A stretch of DNA of 63,481 nt, counting the filler, from Theionarchaea archaeon (GTDB lineage: Archaea; Methanobacteriota_B; Thermococci; Methanofastidiosales; SZ-28-30), in the NCBI GenBank assembly GCA_018992565.1. It is 5 parts of 5 records of this genome, joined end to end, with 100 filler letters (N's around TTAATTAATTAA, not from the genome) between each part and the next. Parts side by side here need not be neighbours in the genome. Positions count along the whole stretch, not along the records: positions 1 to 31,558 come from JACVGW010000021.1; 4 more parts are not named here. One strand, written 5' to 3'. The translations under genes were made by a program, and so were the position numbers. This document shows positions 9,867-19,922 of the stretch, piece after piece. The notes under the pieces were generated by a model. The model had not been told where the DNA came from. It made no database searches and worked only from the letters and a program-made list of their open reading frames with translations. Within the stretch, counting starts at the first letter, position 1. Every line of letters begins with the position of its first letter.

Positions 9867-10820
9867 CTAGTCGAATTCGGGGTCTATGAGTCGGGAGAGT
9901 ATGAGACGATACAATGATGTGGATATCTTGAGATTTTCTAGGAGAAGTAATGCTCTTGCAATGGTGGATGAAATATTAGTCCATTTCTCGTAGGGGGTCA
10001 TATCGCCATCTACAGTGTACTCAGGCCTGCCTAGTGTCGTCACAGCTGCCTTCATCAAAGGGTTGTCCAGTGGATTGACTCCCATTTTCAGCGCCCCCAC
10101 CCAATCCACGGCCACTGCAGATGTTCCTCCAATGAGTGTTTTTGTGTGATTAAGATGTTCAAATACGCCCCCGTTCAAACCATCACTGCTCCAGAAAGCG
10201 TCTATAAAGGCAAAATCAGGAGGGAAATTTCTCAAAACGTCCAGTGTAGCTCGATCCCATCCTATAGTCTCGTGATAGTGGCTCCATTTATCCTGGACAG
10301 GCAGGGTACCAAAAACATTCTTCAGGGATAGTGTGTACAGGCACGCCAGATGGGTCTTGTTCTTGCAGAAGGAGATACGGTAGTCTGCATTCTTCCAGGT
10401 AGTTCCTACAAAATCGTTCTTGAGTTCTCCTTGATAGTCATAGGGTTCTGGTTCTTCCGTCAAATCTACCAGTGTATACCCCTGACCTCGATATCCCACT
10501 GTCTTGGCCACCAGCTTCACTGTTCTTTTTGGAAACCACTGGGTGTAGATATTTCTGGATTCCACCACTGCAGTAGTATACCCTTCTTCACTGATCCTCT
10601 TTGCCAGGTACTCTACCAACTCTGGATCTGTACCCACATGGAGGTGATCTTTTGAATAAATAACCATGATATTTGGCTTTATAGCTACTAAAGCCTCTGA
10701 CCTCCGCTTATTTCTCTCAGTGACGACCTTGGACAAATGTGAAAAGAAGTGTGTCTTCTCCATGACTCTTTCCAGTGCAACTCTTTTGTCTTCTCCAGTC
10801 ACAATAGCTACCACATCCAT
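9867..10820 (-). CDS. DUF362 domain protein
   Basis: IKPN, TDPELV, KNKTH, TLSLKNVFG, AVDWVGA motifs. Confidence 0.8.
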   Translation of the reverse strand: MDVVAIVTGEDKRVALERVMEKTHFFSHLSKVVTERNKRRSEALVAIKPNIMVIYSKDHLHVGTDPELVEYLAKRISEEGYTTAVVESRNIYTQWFPKRTVKLVAKTVGYRGQGYTLVDLTEEPEPYDYQGELKNDFVGTTWKNADYRISFCKNKTHLACLYTLSLKNVFGTLPVQDKWSHYHETIGWDRATLDVLRNFPPDFAFIDAFWSSDGLNGGVFEHLNHTKTLIGGTSAVAVDWVGALKMGVNPLDNPLMKAAVTTLGRPEYTVDGDMTPYEKWTNISSTIARALLLLENLKISTSLYRLILSRLIDPEFD

Positions 10821-11139
10821 GACATCACCATCACCCTTCTCACAATATGTTTAAGAAGGTTTCGCAACTGGGAACCAGCGATCAGAAAGGAAATGTGCGG
10901 TGTACAAAGGCATACTGACATATCACAGGTAGCGTTGGATCAATACGAAAGGTTCCAGGAGTCTTTAGACTGTGCGGAAGTCATCTGCAGTTCTCGATCA
11001 CCTGAATTCCCCAGTTCTGGCTTAGCACGTTGTACCTATTCAATGAATCAACGCTGAATTCACCCTATTGTTCACATCAGTCTTCTCTATGAAAAGAATT
11101 ATAAACAAGGGATTGTCGCTTTCTAGAAAGGTGAATTGT

Positions 11140-11688
11140 GTGGATCTTGATGAAGCAATAAAGGGTAGAAGGAGTATTCGAAGCTATCTTACGGACCCCG
11201 TCCCTGAAGAATTGATCAGGGAAGTCCTTGAGGCAGCCACCTACGCCCCTTCAGCAAAGAACGGGCAGCAATGGCGGTTCACCGTGCTCACAGGGAATGC
11301 CAAGAAGGAATTGACGGACATATTCAGGCAGGAATTGAGGTTTCTATGCAGAGAAATCGGTGCAGAGAACATGGGTTCATCTTTTGGTTCGTGCAACATC
11401 ATGGAGGAGGCACCTGTGGTGATTGTGGTATGGAATGCTGGGGAAGAGGGCTGGGAAACTGAAGTTCACAGTGTTGCGGCAGCAATCCAGAACATGCTCT
11501 TGAAGGCATATGGGCTGGGGCTGGGTTCTCTATGGATTGGGGACATTTTCTTTGTCCCTGAGGCCTTTATACGTCATTTTGAGACGCCGTGGAAGTTGAT
11601 GGCAGCAGTGACGCTCGGGTGGCCCAACCATGATCCATCACCTCTGCCAAGGAAATCAGTGGATCAGGTCACTGAGTTTCTAGGTTAG
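11140..11688 (+). CDS. Nitroreductase family protein
   Basis: RRSIRSY, APSAKNGQQWRF, AIQNMLL, GLGSLWIG; GTG start after GGTGA. Confidence 0.9.
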   Translation: MDLDEAIKGRRSIRSYLTDPVPEELIREVLEAATYAPSAKNGQQWRFTVLTGNAKKELTDIFRQELRFLCREIGAENMGSSFGSCNIMEEAPVVIVVWNAGEEGWETEVHSVAAAIQNMLLKAYGLGLGSLWIGDIFFVPEAFIRHFETPWKLMAAVTLGWPNHDPSPLPRKSVDQVTEFLG

Positions 11689-11906
11689 GTCGAATCTGCA
11701 TATGTCAGGAAAACGGCTCTCCTTACCTGGAGACAGAGGACTCTAACCTCTATGAGAGAACGTGGAGCATTGGGCTGAGTTGAAGTCGGGAGCAGGAATG
11801 GAAGAAACGCGGCACTGCCAGATGAAAGGGAGAAGAGAATAGGGCTATAGACTCCAGGAAAGTACTCATATGCAGAATTAGTGCAGAAGTGAGAAGGAGG
11901 AATATC

Positions 11907-12788
11907 ATGTCACATGTATTGGGAACGTTGTCTGAAGTAGGTAGAATAAGACAGATAGCGCTGCGAAGGCCAGAACAGGCTTTCATGAATCAGGAAAAAA
12001 TAGACAGAGAGTGGCGTGACTTATCCTATACAGAGAAGCCATCCTATGTCAGGGCAGTCGCAGAATATGACCACTTTGTGTCTTTATTCAGAGCGTGCAA
12101 CCCAGATATCCATTTTCTTCCCGCTCATGAGGGACTGACTCTGGATAGTCTCTATGTGCGCGATGCTTGTGTTCTCTGTCCTGATGGTGTTATTCTCTGT
12201 AATATGGGCAAGCCACAACGGAGACGTGAACCTTTTGTTGCAGAACAGGTCTTTGCCTCTCTGGACATACCTGTTTTGGGTTCTATCACAGGAACGGGGT
12301 TAATAGAGGGAGGCGATGTTGTCTGGCTGGATGGAAATTCAGTGGCTGTAGGACGTTCCTACCGCACCAACGATGAGGGAATAACCCAGTTCAAATCGTT
12401 TCTGGATGACGTAGACGTGATTTCTGTTCCTCTACCTCATTACAGGGGACCGTCTGATGTGTTTCATTTGATGTCCATTCTCAGTCCTATCGATCATGAT
12501 CTGGCTGTTGTATACTCACCATTGATGCCCATTCCTTTTCGCGAATTTCTCATGGAGAGAGGTATCCAGCTGATTGACGTGCCAGACCATGAATTCGAGA
12601 CCATGGGATGTAACATCCTGGCTGTTTCACCTCGTAACTGCATCATGGTAAAAGGAAATCCTGAGACCAGCCATCTGTTACAACAGGCTGGAGCGCAGGT
12701 AACAGAGTATCAAGGCCAGGAAATTTCAGCAAAAGGCCAGGGAGGGCCCACCTGTCTAACCCGGCCTCTCTTGCGCGAGTTTCCGTAA
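11907..12788 (+). CDS. Amidinotransferase/DDAH (arginine deiminase superfamily) protein
   Basis: YVRD, IEGGD, RTN, FHL, GGPTCLTRPL catalytic motifs. Confidence 0.9.
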   Translation: MSHVLGTLSEVGRIRQIALRRPEQAFMNQEKIDREWRDLSYTEKPSYVRAVAEYDHFVSLFRACNPDIHFLPAHEGLTLDSLYVRDACVLCPDGVILCNMGKPQRRREPFVAEQVFASLDIPVLGSITGTGLIEGGDVVWLDGNSVAVGRSYRTNDEGITQFKSFLDDVDVISVPLPHYRGPSDVFHLMSILSPIDHDLAVVYSPLMPIPFREFLMERGIQLIDVPDHEFETMGCNILAVSPRNCIMVKGNPETSHLLQQAGAQVTEYQGQEISAKGQGGPTCLTRPLLREFP

Positions 12789-13008
12789 GAGATGCACAGA
12801 TGCATGGTATACGGGTGGTCGATGAAAAGTCATGTAGTTTATTCCGCTGAAACGTGCATACTCACACGGTGCTTTCTCGGGGTCGCGTTACAGCCAATAG
12901 AATCAAGGCACTTGGGATGAAGCCGTAATAACTGATAGTAATTAAATTTATATAGAATAACTTCCTTCGGATACTGTCTTTCGACAATAATGTCCGGAGG
13001 TTGATGTA

Positions 13009-13578
13009 ATGAATGTTGGAGAAGCGATAGTGACCAGAAGGAGTGTACGGGACTACCAGGAGAAACCAGTACCAGATGAAGTCCTGGTGGATATTTTAGA
13101 GACAGCAAAGTGGGCTCCCAGCCCGGTAAACAGTCAGCCATGGCGGTTCATTGTCATAAGAGATAGAGAGATTCTCACCCGAGTCATGGCTCATGCCAAA
13201 TACGGGTCTCATCTCAGTGAGGTTCCCATGGCCATCGCAGTCATTGCTACTGATGTGGAGACATTTCACTGGTTTAATGAAATTGAGGAAAACAAGTACG
13301 CAGCGGCTGTGGTTGCTACCAGCATCATGCTGGCTGCATGGGAAAAGGGCGTAGGCACAGGATGGGTTTCAGTGGACAGGAAAGAAATCAATGACATTCT
13401 TGACGTGCCCAGGGAGTACACGGTGGTGGCTGTCATTGCCATGGGGTACCCTGTCAGAGTTGAACCACATTCGGATGCTGACAGACGTCCTCTCGATATG
13501 ATGGTTTTCTCTGGAAAATACGGAGAACGATTCCCCCGCATTGATGAAGAATGGGTTGAAGAGCATATGAAGAAGTAG
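13009..13578 (+). CDS. Nitroreductase family protein
   Basis: RRSVRDY, APSPVNSQPWRF, GVGTGWV, MGYP. Confidence 0.9.
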   Translation: MNVGEAIVTRRSVRDYQEKPVPDEVLVDILETAKWAPSPVNSQPWRFIVIRDREILTRVMAHAKYGSHLSEVPMAIAVIATDVETFHWFNEIEENKYAAAVVATSIMLAAWEKGVGTGWVSVDRKEINDILDVPREYTVVAVIAMGYPVRVEPHSDADRRPLDMMVFSGKYGERFPRIDEEWVEEHMKK

Positions 13579-13666
13579 TCTCTATGGGTCCACTTCCTTT
13601 TCCAGGGTGTATGGACAGTCTTCCTGCACTGCACTGTCAAAAAAATAGAAAAAAAGATGAAAAGAA

Positions 13667-15220
13667 TTAGCTGAGTTCCTGCTCGAATTTCTTGATGAGA
13701 ATATCCAGCTTCTTGAGTTCTCCCTGATCCAGCACTTCTTTGATCAGTTCGTCTGCTGCAGCATCTATTTCGTTGCGAATCTCTTTCAGCGTTTTCTGGT
13801 CCTTAATGGATGTTATCTGTCCATTTCTCACAATTCTACCAGATTCTTCTCTCACAATCAGCTCAAATCCCGCTGAATGAAGAATTCTCTTGTTCTCCTT
13901 GCAGATGAGCTTTACTTTCCCAGAGTAGAGTATCTTCCTGGTTTCATCAACTACCAGATCCAGGTTTTCTCCCTTCACGGTCAGCTTGTCATTCACTGTA
14001 ACCTGCATCTCTCCCCTTACCAGCACTGTCTTTCCATTGGTGTTGATGGTAATATCTTCATCTTTGGATCGGATTTGAATGTACAGTCCCCTTCCTGCAA
14101 ACCGCCGAGCCCTCGCATATGAATCCTTAACCTGCCAGGGGCCGATGCGGACCTGTTCTCTTTCCGGGGTTTCCGTAACCTCAATAGGGCCAACCTTGAC
14201 ATATTCCCCGTGAGGGGTCTCCCGTACCTTGATGAAAGGGAGATCAACATGCGTTCTCTTCAGTCGTCTCTTCACTTCATCAGAAAGCTTCCCATACAAT
14301 TGAACACGCGCAATTTCCAGGACTTCTTCCTTTTTCAATCCAATGTCCTCAAAAGCGTCCTCGCCAGCGGGGACTGTCAGCTGTTCAGCTTTCACAGATT
14401 GCCATTCCCGTCCTGTGACCACTGTCACTCCTCTATACACATCTTTATACACCTTGAGAAGTGCATCTACAGCGTACGAGCCTTCGCCAAAGTAGATACC
14501 GCCGATTTCTTTGTCCCCTGTCACTACAGGGATGTACAAAGATCCTTTGTTCAGCTTGACCGTGGCCTTGTTTCGAGAAATCGTCAAATCCTCCTGGAGA
14601 GTGCATATCTCTTCCTTGATTTCTGGTTCTGCATCTTCCTCGTCTTCAATCTCAACAAAGAAGGTGGGAGGCCGTTTTAAACCTCCCAAGATGTATCCCA
14701 GTCCTATGGCGATGATTCCCACCACCAGTGCATAGTCTTCCCACGGCTGGAAGATATCAAAGATTTTGATAAGAATCCAGAGCAGGAAGGACACTCCACC
14801 AATTGCCAGTAGTACGGAACGTGCTGCCCAGTAGCCAGCCTTGTGCCGTAGAGCCTTCACTGCATACCCCATAAGCAGCATAATGATGCCTGCAGCCAGG
14901 AAGTAGTCAATGTTGAATCCAACCTCCATGGCACCGAACCAGCCTATCCACCGCAGTATCTTAAATCCAATCCACAATCCTGCCAGCGGCCATCCCAGAT
15001 TGGTGAAGAATTTCTGGACTTTCTTTCCTGTGGAGTACCTTGATTTGAATGCCGGGGGTATTCTGGAGAGCAGATGGAATCCCACTGCCACCTGAAGAAA
15101 CTCCACTTCATACTCATATGTTCCCAGAATATCAGTCACTGCTGCAACCAGCCACAAGATCACGAACACAGCTGCTATCCGTCCTAACATGTCTCCAATT
15201 GTTTCTAGATTGTCTTTCAT
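13667..15220 (-). CDS. Hypothetical membrane protein (about 6 N-terminal TM helices, large soluble C-terminus)
   Basis: 517 aa ORF with hydrophobic N-terminal ~180 aa; overlaps the upstream gene by 4 nt. Confidence 0.7.
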   Translation of the reverse strand: MKDNLETIGDMLGRIAAVFVILWLVAAVTDILGTYEYEVEFLQVAVGFHLLSRIPPAFKSRYSTGKKVQKFFTNLGWPLAGLWIGFKILRWIGWFGAMEVGFNIDYFLAAGIIMLLMGYAVKALRHKAGYWAARSVLLAIGGVSFLLWILIKIFDIFQPWEDYALVVGIIAIGLGYILGGLKRPPTFFVEIEDEEDAEPEIKEEICTLQEDLTISRNKATVKLNKGSLYIPVVTGDKEIGGIYFGEGSYAVDALLKVYKDVYRGVTVVTGREWQSVKAEQLTVPAGEDAFEDIGLKKEEVLEIARVQLYGKLSDEVKRRLKRTHVDLPFIKVRETPHGEYVKVGPIEVTETPEREQVRIGPWQVKDSYARARRFAGRGLYIQIRSKDEDITINTNGKTVLVRGEMQVTVNDKLTVKGENLDLVVDETRKILYSGKVKLICKENKRILHSAGFELIVREESGRIVRNGQITSIKDQKTLKEIRNEIDAAADELIKEVLDQGELKKLDILIKKFEQELS

Positions 15221-15552
15221 AAGAGATCACCTTCCAGATCTTTAAATTCCTTAATAAGTTCCCAGATGTCTGAAAGCCCCAGATTGATTCGTATGCTGTT
15301 CCTGGATATGTCGAGCTTCCCTTCTGCTCGCAGGGTCTTTGCCAGTTCCAAGAGTTTTTCCAGCTTGTCTGACTGGGCTGTTTCCGCACCCAGAAACTGC
15401 TCCCCACATGGACAGTGAAATTCTTCCATCTCAAAATCGGACATCATCTGGTCCCAGTCTTCCTTGTAATCAGCGGGATCAATCTCTCTCTTGACATTGA
15501 GTTTTCGCCCGCAGTGCGGGCAGGTTACTGAAAAAGAGACCCGGTTACTCAT
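15217..15552 (-). CDS. Small zinc-ribbon protein
   Basis: CPHC and CPCG pairs; translationally coupled to both neighbours. Confidence 0.7.
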   Translation of the reverse strand: MSNRVSFSVTCPHCGRKLNVKREIDPADYKEDWDQMMSDFEMEEFHCPCGEQFLGAETAQSDKLEKLLELAKTLRAEGKLDISRNSIRINLGLSDIWELIKEFKDLEGDLL

Positions 15553-16033
15553 TCACATCACCTTTCTTTACATAGAGGAAGCCCACCAGACGAAGGGCGA
15601 TCTTCCCATACACAGTGATCAGATACCTGCCTCGATACCGTTCCTGCTCTGCATACCCCACGTCCATCAAACTGGAGAGATGAAATCGCAGAGGACTGTG
15701 CTCCAGGCCTGTGAGCTCCACCATGTCAGTAAAATACTTGCCGTCGGCATAGAGCGCCTGCAGGATTTTCAGTCGTTCACTGTTGGCCAGTGGCTTGAGC
15801 AGTTCTGCTGCTTTTTCAGGACTGAAATCAGTGTATTCCTCGTAGTCTTCTTTCTGCTCTGAAAGAAGCTTTCTCACTTCAGATGCAATCTCTGCTGTAT
15901 CTTCGGAGGATTCAGGGGGAGGCTTCTGTTGTTTGAGCAGTTCGTCTCTCAGCTGTCTCATCTCAGCTCTCAGCTCTTCTTTGAGTTCCCTTTTCACTTG
16001 TTCTATGTCTTCCATGCTGTCACCATTGTACAT
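15545..16033 (-). CDS. ArsR-like winged-helix regulator with N-terminal coiled coil
   Basis: LKPLANSERLKILQAL...LRFHLSSL...GRYLITVYG. Confidence 0.8.
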   Translation of the reverse strand: MYNGDSMEDIEQVKRELKEELRAEMRQLRDELLKQQKPPPESSEDTAEIASEVRKLLSEQKEDYEEYTDFSPEKAAELLKPLANSERLKILQALYADGKYFTDMVELTGLEHSPLRFHLSSLMDVGYAEQERYRGRYLITVYGKIALRLVGFLYVKKGDVNE

Positions 16034-16294
16034 TTCTATGTACTTCTAGTGCTTTCCTATTTATAAATCTTTCGGTCAAAATGTATTTTAAATATATTGC
16101 AGTGTCAATAAAGTGCATTGTGATAGACTTAGAAAAAGAATGAAGTGACCGGAGCTAGGAGCTGTTGGTTGATGATGTGGAGGTAGTCCTCTACGACGGG
16201 AAGACTACAGTGGGTTATGATACTGCAGGTCTGGGAATGGCTGCAGACGATCTGGTTCCAGTATATTTTTATAGTTAAGAGCGTATGAGGATAC

Positions 16295-16780
16295 ATGCTC
16301 GTGATTCTTGATGGAGACGGGACACTGTGGAGCGGGGACGTTCTGGCAGGATACCTGACCACACCCCTTCACCAGATTGATGAAAACACGATAGTAGATC
16401 ATCAAGGAAAGAAAATCTGCTTGAAAGAAGAAGCGAGAGAGGTACTGGAAAAGCTTCATGAGAAGAATATATTTGTGGCACTTGCCAGCCAGAACAGGAA
16501 GCTTCCTGTCATTGCATTATTGAGGAGACTGCAGTTGACCCCATATTTCAATTTTCTTGAAGTTTCGTGGACAGAAAAGGATGAAATGATACAAAATATA
16601 CTGGAGATTTTTGAGAAAAAAGGAAGGGATCCTGGAAAGATTTTTTTTGTAGATGATTTTGCGTATAACCTTGAAATTGTTGAGGCCAGTCCCGGACTAT
16701 CTCATGTAATATGTATCAATGCTTCAGAGCTGGATTCCCTCAAAGACCTCCTAGATATTGTGGGGACCCAGACAGAATGA
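16295..16780 (+). CDS. Magnesium-dependent phosphatase-1 (HAD IIIC)
   Basis: DGDGTLW motif I, ASQN, FVDD. Confidence 0.8.
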   Translation: MLVILDGDGTLWSGDVLAGYLTTPLHQIDENTIVDHQGKKICLKEEAREVLEKLHEKNIFVALASQNRKLPVIALLRRLQLTPYFNFLEVSWTEKDEMIQNILEIFEKKGRDPGKIFFVDDFAYNLEIVEASPGLSHVICINASELDSLKDLLDIVGTQTE

Positions 16781-16975
16781 GTGTCCAAAGGGTTAATGGT
16801 GACCTCATGTAGCAGTCTGAGTCCCGTCTATGAATTGATTCTCACCTTTTAAATCCTTTCTATAGTATGTGCAGATCCCGTGACTTTCAGATATACCTGG
16901 AAGAGCTTCAACCCATCTGAACCACTGAAGAAGGAGAGAGTGAATCTGGTGGTTCCATTCATGACGTATCTGTGT

Positions 16976-17929
16976 CTAGAGCTCCCCTTTTTCCTCAAGT
17001 ACGACCTTTCTCACAATTTCCTGGGTTTCTTGAGGAGGAGTCATGGTGTTCACCAGGTACGGTTCTGCCCGTTCGAAGTACTCTTTAAAGAACGTTGTCC
17101 TGATGCGCAGCTTTCTTTCGTCGCGAACAAGCTGGTGGGGGTTGCAGAAGTCATTTTTCACCATGTAGTCCAGGGCTTCTTTCGGTGATAGGTGATAGTA
17201 CAGTTCATCATCAGGTTCTCTTTCCAGAAAGATGACTTTTACAATACAGGTTTCATCTTTGGCTCTACTTACTCCCAGGACATGACGAATGTCAGCAATA
17301 GCCCTGCCCCTGTTATCCAGTCTCTTGGTTTCTACCAGAGATTCAAACTCAGGATAAATGGAAGCAATATCTTCTCTGATGTAGCAGTTCCTTTCAGAAG
17401 CTCTGGCCAGCACAATGTCACCCATGATGCGGGTGTAGTACCAGTCATCTGAAACCAGGCGTGCTCCCTTTTTCAAGAGAAGTCCATAAGAATGAGTTGT
17501 TTTCCCCATGCCTGAAGGGGCGATAATAGAGACCCCTCTCCCCTTGAAATCTATGGCTGCCCCGTGGACTGAGTGCCTGGAATGAATGGATACATACTCC
17601 TCCAGAAAATCACCTGCTACAGCCAGAGCAAGGCTCTTCACCCATCCATAGTAATCTGAATTGAAGATGAAGCAGGTTTTGCTGACCGGTTCGTACAGCA
17701 CCCTGAACCCCTCGTCATCTGACAAAGCGAACACTCTTCCGTGAGGTCTGATGTATTCGCTCATCTGTTTGAAATTGTCTCCCCACATGTCCTTGAACTC
17801 ATGGTTATCAGTATTCAGCTTGATGCATGCGCCTGCAAGCTCAGCCTTTCTTTCGTAAAATACTCTGTTCTTCAATTTTTCAAGCAATTCGTCCTTTTTA
17901 TCAGGAGTAATCAGCAAGACCTGGTACAT
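16976..17929 (-). CDS. HPr kinase-like P-loop protein
   Basis: VHGAAID, APSGMGKTT (Walker A), VSDD. Confidence 0.7.
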   Translation of the reverse strand: MYQVLLITPDKKDELLEKLKNRVFYERKAELAGACIKLNTDNHEFKDMWGDNFKQMSEYIRPHGRVFALSDDEGFRVLYEPVSKTCFIFNSDYYGWVKSLALAVAGDFLEEYVSIHSRHSVHGAAIDFKGRGVSIIAPSGMGKTTHSYGLLLKKGARLVSDDWYYTRIMGDIVLARASERNCYIREDIASIYPEFESLVETKRLDNRGRAIADIRHVLGVSRAKDETCIVKVIFLEREPDDELYYHLSPKEALDYMVKNDFCNPHQLVRDERKLRIRTTFFKEYFERAEPYLVNTMTPPQETQEIVRKVVLEEKGEL

Positions 17930-18062
17930 GCCCCCTGGTGGGAGGACAGCAATAAATATGTTTTCCTCATGGACTGCTTTCTTCCTTGCGGCATGTCATG
18001 CCAGGCAGCACTCATCACCGGCGGCTCTATAAGAACTCCCCACGACTGCTCCAGATACGATT

Positions 18063-19457
18063 TCATGATGGTGCAGTATCCTTCTTTATGACTTTTTCCT
18101 TCCACATTCCTGTCCTGAATAATGCCAGTGCCAGGACAGCTCCCAGAACATTACTCAGACCCATCCCGAACCATACCCCGCTGGCACTCCAGCCTACCAC
18201 AAACCCGAAGATATATGCAAAAGGTATTCTCATCCCCCATAATCGGGAAAGCTCAATTATCATGGAAGGAACATTGTGTCCAGATCCCATAAAACAGGCA
18301 TTAACGGCGCTGAACACGCCAAAAAAGGGGACTCCAAATACGAAAACCTTGATAAAGGTATCACCCGCTGCTATCACCTGTGGATCATTGATGAATACCT
18401 GGATGGCAACCCTCCTCAAGGGAAACAGAATACAGCTTCCTACCACGAGAATGAAGAACATTAAAACCATTCCTTTTCGGGCTGCTTCTTCAGCTCGTTG
18501 TATTCTGTTGGCTCCCAGGCTCTGTCCCAGTGTTGTAGAAACGCCCACACCCAGCCCATTGATTGCAATGAACATCAGGTTGATGATCCTGTCGCCTATC
18601 CCGTAAGCAGCTAGGACAGCGCTCTGGTTGGGGAGGCGGGCAATAATATACATGAGGATTACAAACCCGAATGCAGTTCCTGACTGTCCAACAGAAGCAG
18701 GAACTCCAATCCTCAGAATCTGGATAATCCTCCATTTGACTGGTTTTAGACTTGGAATGGATACTTTGATCCCAGCTCTTCCTGAGAAGAGAATATAGAG
18801 AGCGATGGTTGAGGAGACAGACTGAGAGAAGATGGTGGCCACTCCTGCCCCTACTACTCCCATATGAGGAAACCCACCCAGCCCGAAAATGAGCACAGGG
18901 TCAAGAATCAAGTTCAGTAGCACGGTGGCGCCTTCTACCTTCATGGGAGTCACTGTATCTCCGTAGGCTCTCAGAATGAACCCGAAAATGAAAGATGTGA
19001 ACATGAACGGTATGCCAATGAAAATAATCCTTAGGTACTTGGTAGCAAGTATCGCAATATCCTTTTCCAGTCCCAGTAATTCAACGATTTGAGAAGAGAA
19101 CAGAAATCCTGCAATACCTATGCACGCGCCCATGATTATAGAAATAAACAAGACCTGACCTGCGGATTTGTTTGCTTCTCTTGAGTCACCTGCACCCGTG
19201 TACTGAGATATCAGCGCCACTCCTGCAGACCCGAACCCGAATGCCAGTGAAATCAGGAGGAAAATAATGGGCCAGGAGATTTGGAGGGCTGCCACTGCAA
19301 AGGTGCCTTCAGGTGGGACCAATTTTCCCAGCCAGAAGGTGTCCACCAGGTTATACATGGTATGCAAAAGGTTGGTTACCATAATGGGCCAACCCAGTAC
19401 AAACAAGGTCTTGATTATTGGACCTTCTAGAATATCATTCTTAAGAGCTTGCGCCAT
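18063..19457 (-). CDS. MATE family efflux transporter
   Basis: YNLVDTFWLG, GDTVTPM, NLILDP, MGVVGAGVAT; about 12 TM; start moved to MAQALK. Confidence 0.9.
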   Translation of the reverse strand: MAQALKNDILEGPIIKTLFVLGWPIMVTNLLHTMYNLVDTFWLGKLVPPEGTFAVAALQISWPIIFLLISLAFGFGSAGVALISQYTGAGDSREANKSAGQVLFISIIMGACIGIAGFLFSSQIVELLGLEKDIAILATKYLRIIFIGIPFMFTSFIFGFILRAYGDTVTPMKVEGATVLLNLILDPVLIFGLGGFPHMGVVGAGVATIFSQSVSSTIALYILFSGRAGIKVSIPSLKPVKWRIIQILRIGVPASVGQSGTAFGFVILMYIIARLPNQSAVLAAYGIGDRIINLMFIAINGLGVGVSTTLGQSLGANRIQRAEEAARKGMVLMFFILVVGSCILFPLRRVAIQVFINDPQVIAAGDTFIKVFVFGVPFFGVFSAVNACFMGSGHNVPSMIIELSRLWGMRIPFAYIFGFVVGWSASGVWFGMGLSNVLGAVLALALFRTGMWKEKVIKKDTAPS

Positions 19458-19748
19458 CGGCTCTGAATACAGGGACAGTATATAAAGATATTTGATTGAG
19501 ATGGTGACAATTCTTCTGCTGAAGATACAGTCTGATTGTATTTCATAATGAGAGGTCAACAGAATCAAAAAGAAAGTGAGATAGTCCAATCTGAAGTTTC
19601 GCTTTTTGAGAAACCTCACCAGAATCTTGAGAGCTCTGGAGATGTGACATCCTCTCTGCTGTGTTCCTATCTGGAAATCATAGGATCTCAAAGATGTTGG
19701 AGATTCGGGCAGTCACTCTACTTGAGAATGTCAGTATCGGCAGAAACA

Positions 19749-19756
19749 TTTTTATA
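19749..19756 (+). promoter_or_regulatory. TATA box (TTTTTATA) with upstream GAAA BRE-like element for peptide 1 / rSAM operon
   Basis: GAAACA-TTTTTATA about 33 nt before the GTG start; same arrangement before peptides 2 and 3. Confidence 0.6.
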
Positions 19757-19788
19757 GGTTGTACTGCAGGGGAACCTAAGGTGATTCT

Positions 19789-19899
19789 GTGAAGTGTGAA
19801 AAAGTTGAAAAAGGGACGATATGTTCTTTGATACCCAGTTGTCCCCCCTTTGGAATACCAAGTTGTCCTCCTTCCCCATGTAATTGTGTCAATATTTGA
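19789..19899 (+). CDS. Putative RiPP precursor peptide 1 (36 aa: MKCEKVEKGTICSLIPSCPPFGIPSCPPSPCNCVNI)
   Basis: GTG start after AAGGTGATT RBS; paralogous to peptides 2 and 3; immediately upstream of the rSAM/SPASM gene. Confidence 0.8.
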   Translation: MKCEKVEKGTICSLIPSCPPFGIPSCPPSPCNCVNI

Positions 19900-19922
19900 T
19901 TTGGGTCTATGCAGGTGGTGTG

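Noticed and set aside
19458..19691. 78-aa N-terminal extension of the MATE ORF
   Set aside because: No MATE similarity and it spans the probable promoter; start placed at 19457.
19884..19922. ORF-track N-terminus (MCQYLIWVYAGG) of the rSAM protein
   Set aside because: It overlaps precursor 1; the RBS-supported GTG at 19923 (MKSSRYN) is the more plausible start.
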